Assembly: GCA_048213135.1 (NCBI GenBank)
Contig: PS015208.1
Span: 67,291 to 118,532, forward strand
Length of the DNA: 51,242 bases
Source: Reclinomonas americana ATCC 50394
Lineage: Eukaryota
Direction of reading: 5' to 3'
Part shown: positions 49,987-51,242 of the stretch, piece after piece
Layout: each line of letters begins with the position of its first letter
How positions within the stretch are numbered: the stretch's first letter is position 1
Made by a program: the position numbers and the translations under genes
The notes under the pieces: model-generated
The model's input: only the letters and a program-made list of their open reading frames with translations
What the model was told of the DNA's origin: nothing
The model's database searches: none

Positions 49987-51242
49987 TTAGAGGAAGTAGA
50001 TGGGACGTGACGGCGCGTACTGCGTGTGTGCCTCCTCGTCCCACTTGAAGATCTTGAAGTCGCGCTCCAACGTCTCGTTGAAGGCCAGAATCGAAGCGAG
50101 GTTACCGCAGCGCTGCAATGACGATACTCGTGAGAAATGCGAGGGAGACGAGGGTGAGACGATGCAAGACAGTACTCACCGACTGCACCAAAGGAAGAAG
50201 GCAAGTCGAAGAGGCACAGAGCGAGTGAGTCACCGAAGTGCGATGAAGGTAAGGGAGCAGCGACGAAAGCAGATGATGGGGTACGCAACGCACTAGAATC
50301 CGGAAAGAGGGTGCGTACGGAAGCAGTCAGAAGCACACACAAACAGTTAGTTGTCACGCATATACAGACGCCACAAGCGACAGGACTCACGTACTGCGCA
50401 AACAAAGCAACAACTGTTGTGAGCAAACAACAGAGACAGATGTCGCAACAACAAAGAAAGAGACGCAACGTTGGGGGCACTCCACACAGTGACCAGGTTC
50501 TGCACACAAAAAAGAAGCACGTCTCTCACTCAGCCACAAAACAACACTCAGACAAACCGAGGGCAGCAAGCACGCACCCTCTCCTTGAACATGTACTTGT
50601 ACCCCTCTTGCACGAGCTGGTGAGCGCGGCAAATCAACTCGAGATTGTTGATGTGTGCAAACTGCACAGTCACCACCACGTCAGTCACCGTTTGTCATCG
50701 CAGGGAGGACTGGATNNNNNNNNNNNNNNNNNNNNNNNNNNNNNNNNNNNNNNNNNNNNNNNNNNNNNNNNNNNNNNNNNNNNNNNNNNNNNNNNNNNNN
50801 NNNNNAGACAGACATACGCGCCTCGGTGGTCACACGGTTGCCAAAGATCCAGCCGGCACCGCGCGGGCTCAACGCCCACGTCTCAATGTCCTCCGGATCG
50901 CTCCACATCATGTCGCAGAAGGAGCCCTCGTGTGGGATCTCCTGCTTGCGGTCAATGAGACGAATCTGATCCAGGGTCTTGACCTCGGGTGACAGGCCAC
51001 CGTGCACACACAGAATGCGTCCGTCAATGACCTGCACGCAAACGACATGAGAGTGTTGGAAGGCGGCAGAAAGAGAGAGAGCAAGCGAGCGACAGCAGCA
51101 CGCAACAGCCGCAATGTTAAAGTAGTCGCACACTTCCATGCAGTACTTCCACGCGTTGCCGGAGCCGTACTTGGACTCGCACTCGTCGTAGAAACCATAG
51201 ACCTTGGTGATCTGGCGCGACTCGTGGTTGCCGCGCAACAGC
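49987..51242 (-). CDS. PPP6C: Ser/Thr protein phosphatase 6 catalytic subunit (PPP6C/SIT4-like); 5' part lies outside the window
   Basis: [89 protein letters not shown] and C-terminal YFL-stop. Confidence 0.93.

Noticed and set aside
1-51242. Introner-like elements, transposons, CRISPR arrays, tRNA or rRNA genes, or an alternative genetic code
   Set aside because: Introns share only splice signals and microsatellites, with no visible body similarity or inverted repeats. No transposase or structural RNA was recognised, and conserved genes translate with the standard code using all three stops.

Overview
This is gene-dense, GC-rich, intron-rich nuclear DNA from a eukaryote, probably a flagellated or once-flagellated protist (BBS2 is present). 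It is a scaffold with many N gaps. The ORF track is misleading because nearly all genes are split by short introns (about 50-110 nt). Manual splicing recovers about 17 genes: an acidic fragment, an LRR protein, a type-B carboxylesterase, an SLC35/TPT-type transporter, RRP40, a PDI-family protein, an ERLY/TFxP-repeat protein, a Pro/Tyr-rich protein, a large ARM-plus-LRR protein, a 2OG-Fe(II) oxygenase, a PAP2-family protein, a low-complexity putative regulator, mitochondrial ClpB/Hsp78, a divergent CCT-like chaperonin, an EXD1-like nuclease fused to a degenerate SF1 helicase, BBS2 and the PP6 catalytic subunit. The main signal is in the splicing. About 50 introns by hand count, roughly a third of those I could place, start with a donor shifted by one base (GTTGCGY/GTTACGY/GTTGAGW instead of GTGCGY/GTACGY/GTGAGW). 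The shifted donor is used almost only when the last exon base is not G. The PP6 gene also needs three consecutive 3-nt exons, each one codon. All gene models are manual and have no transcript support.
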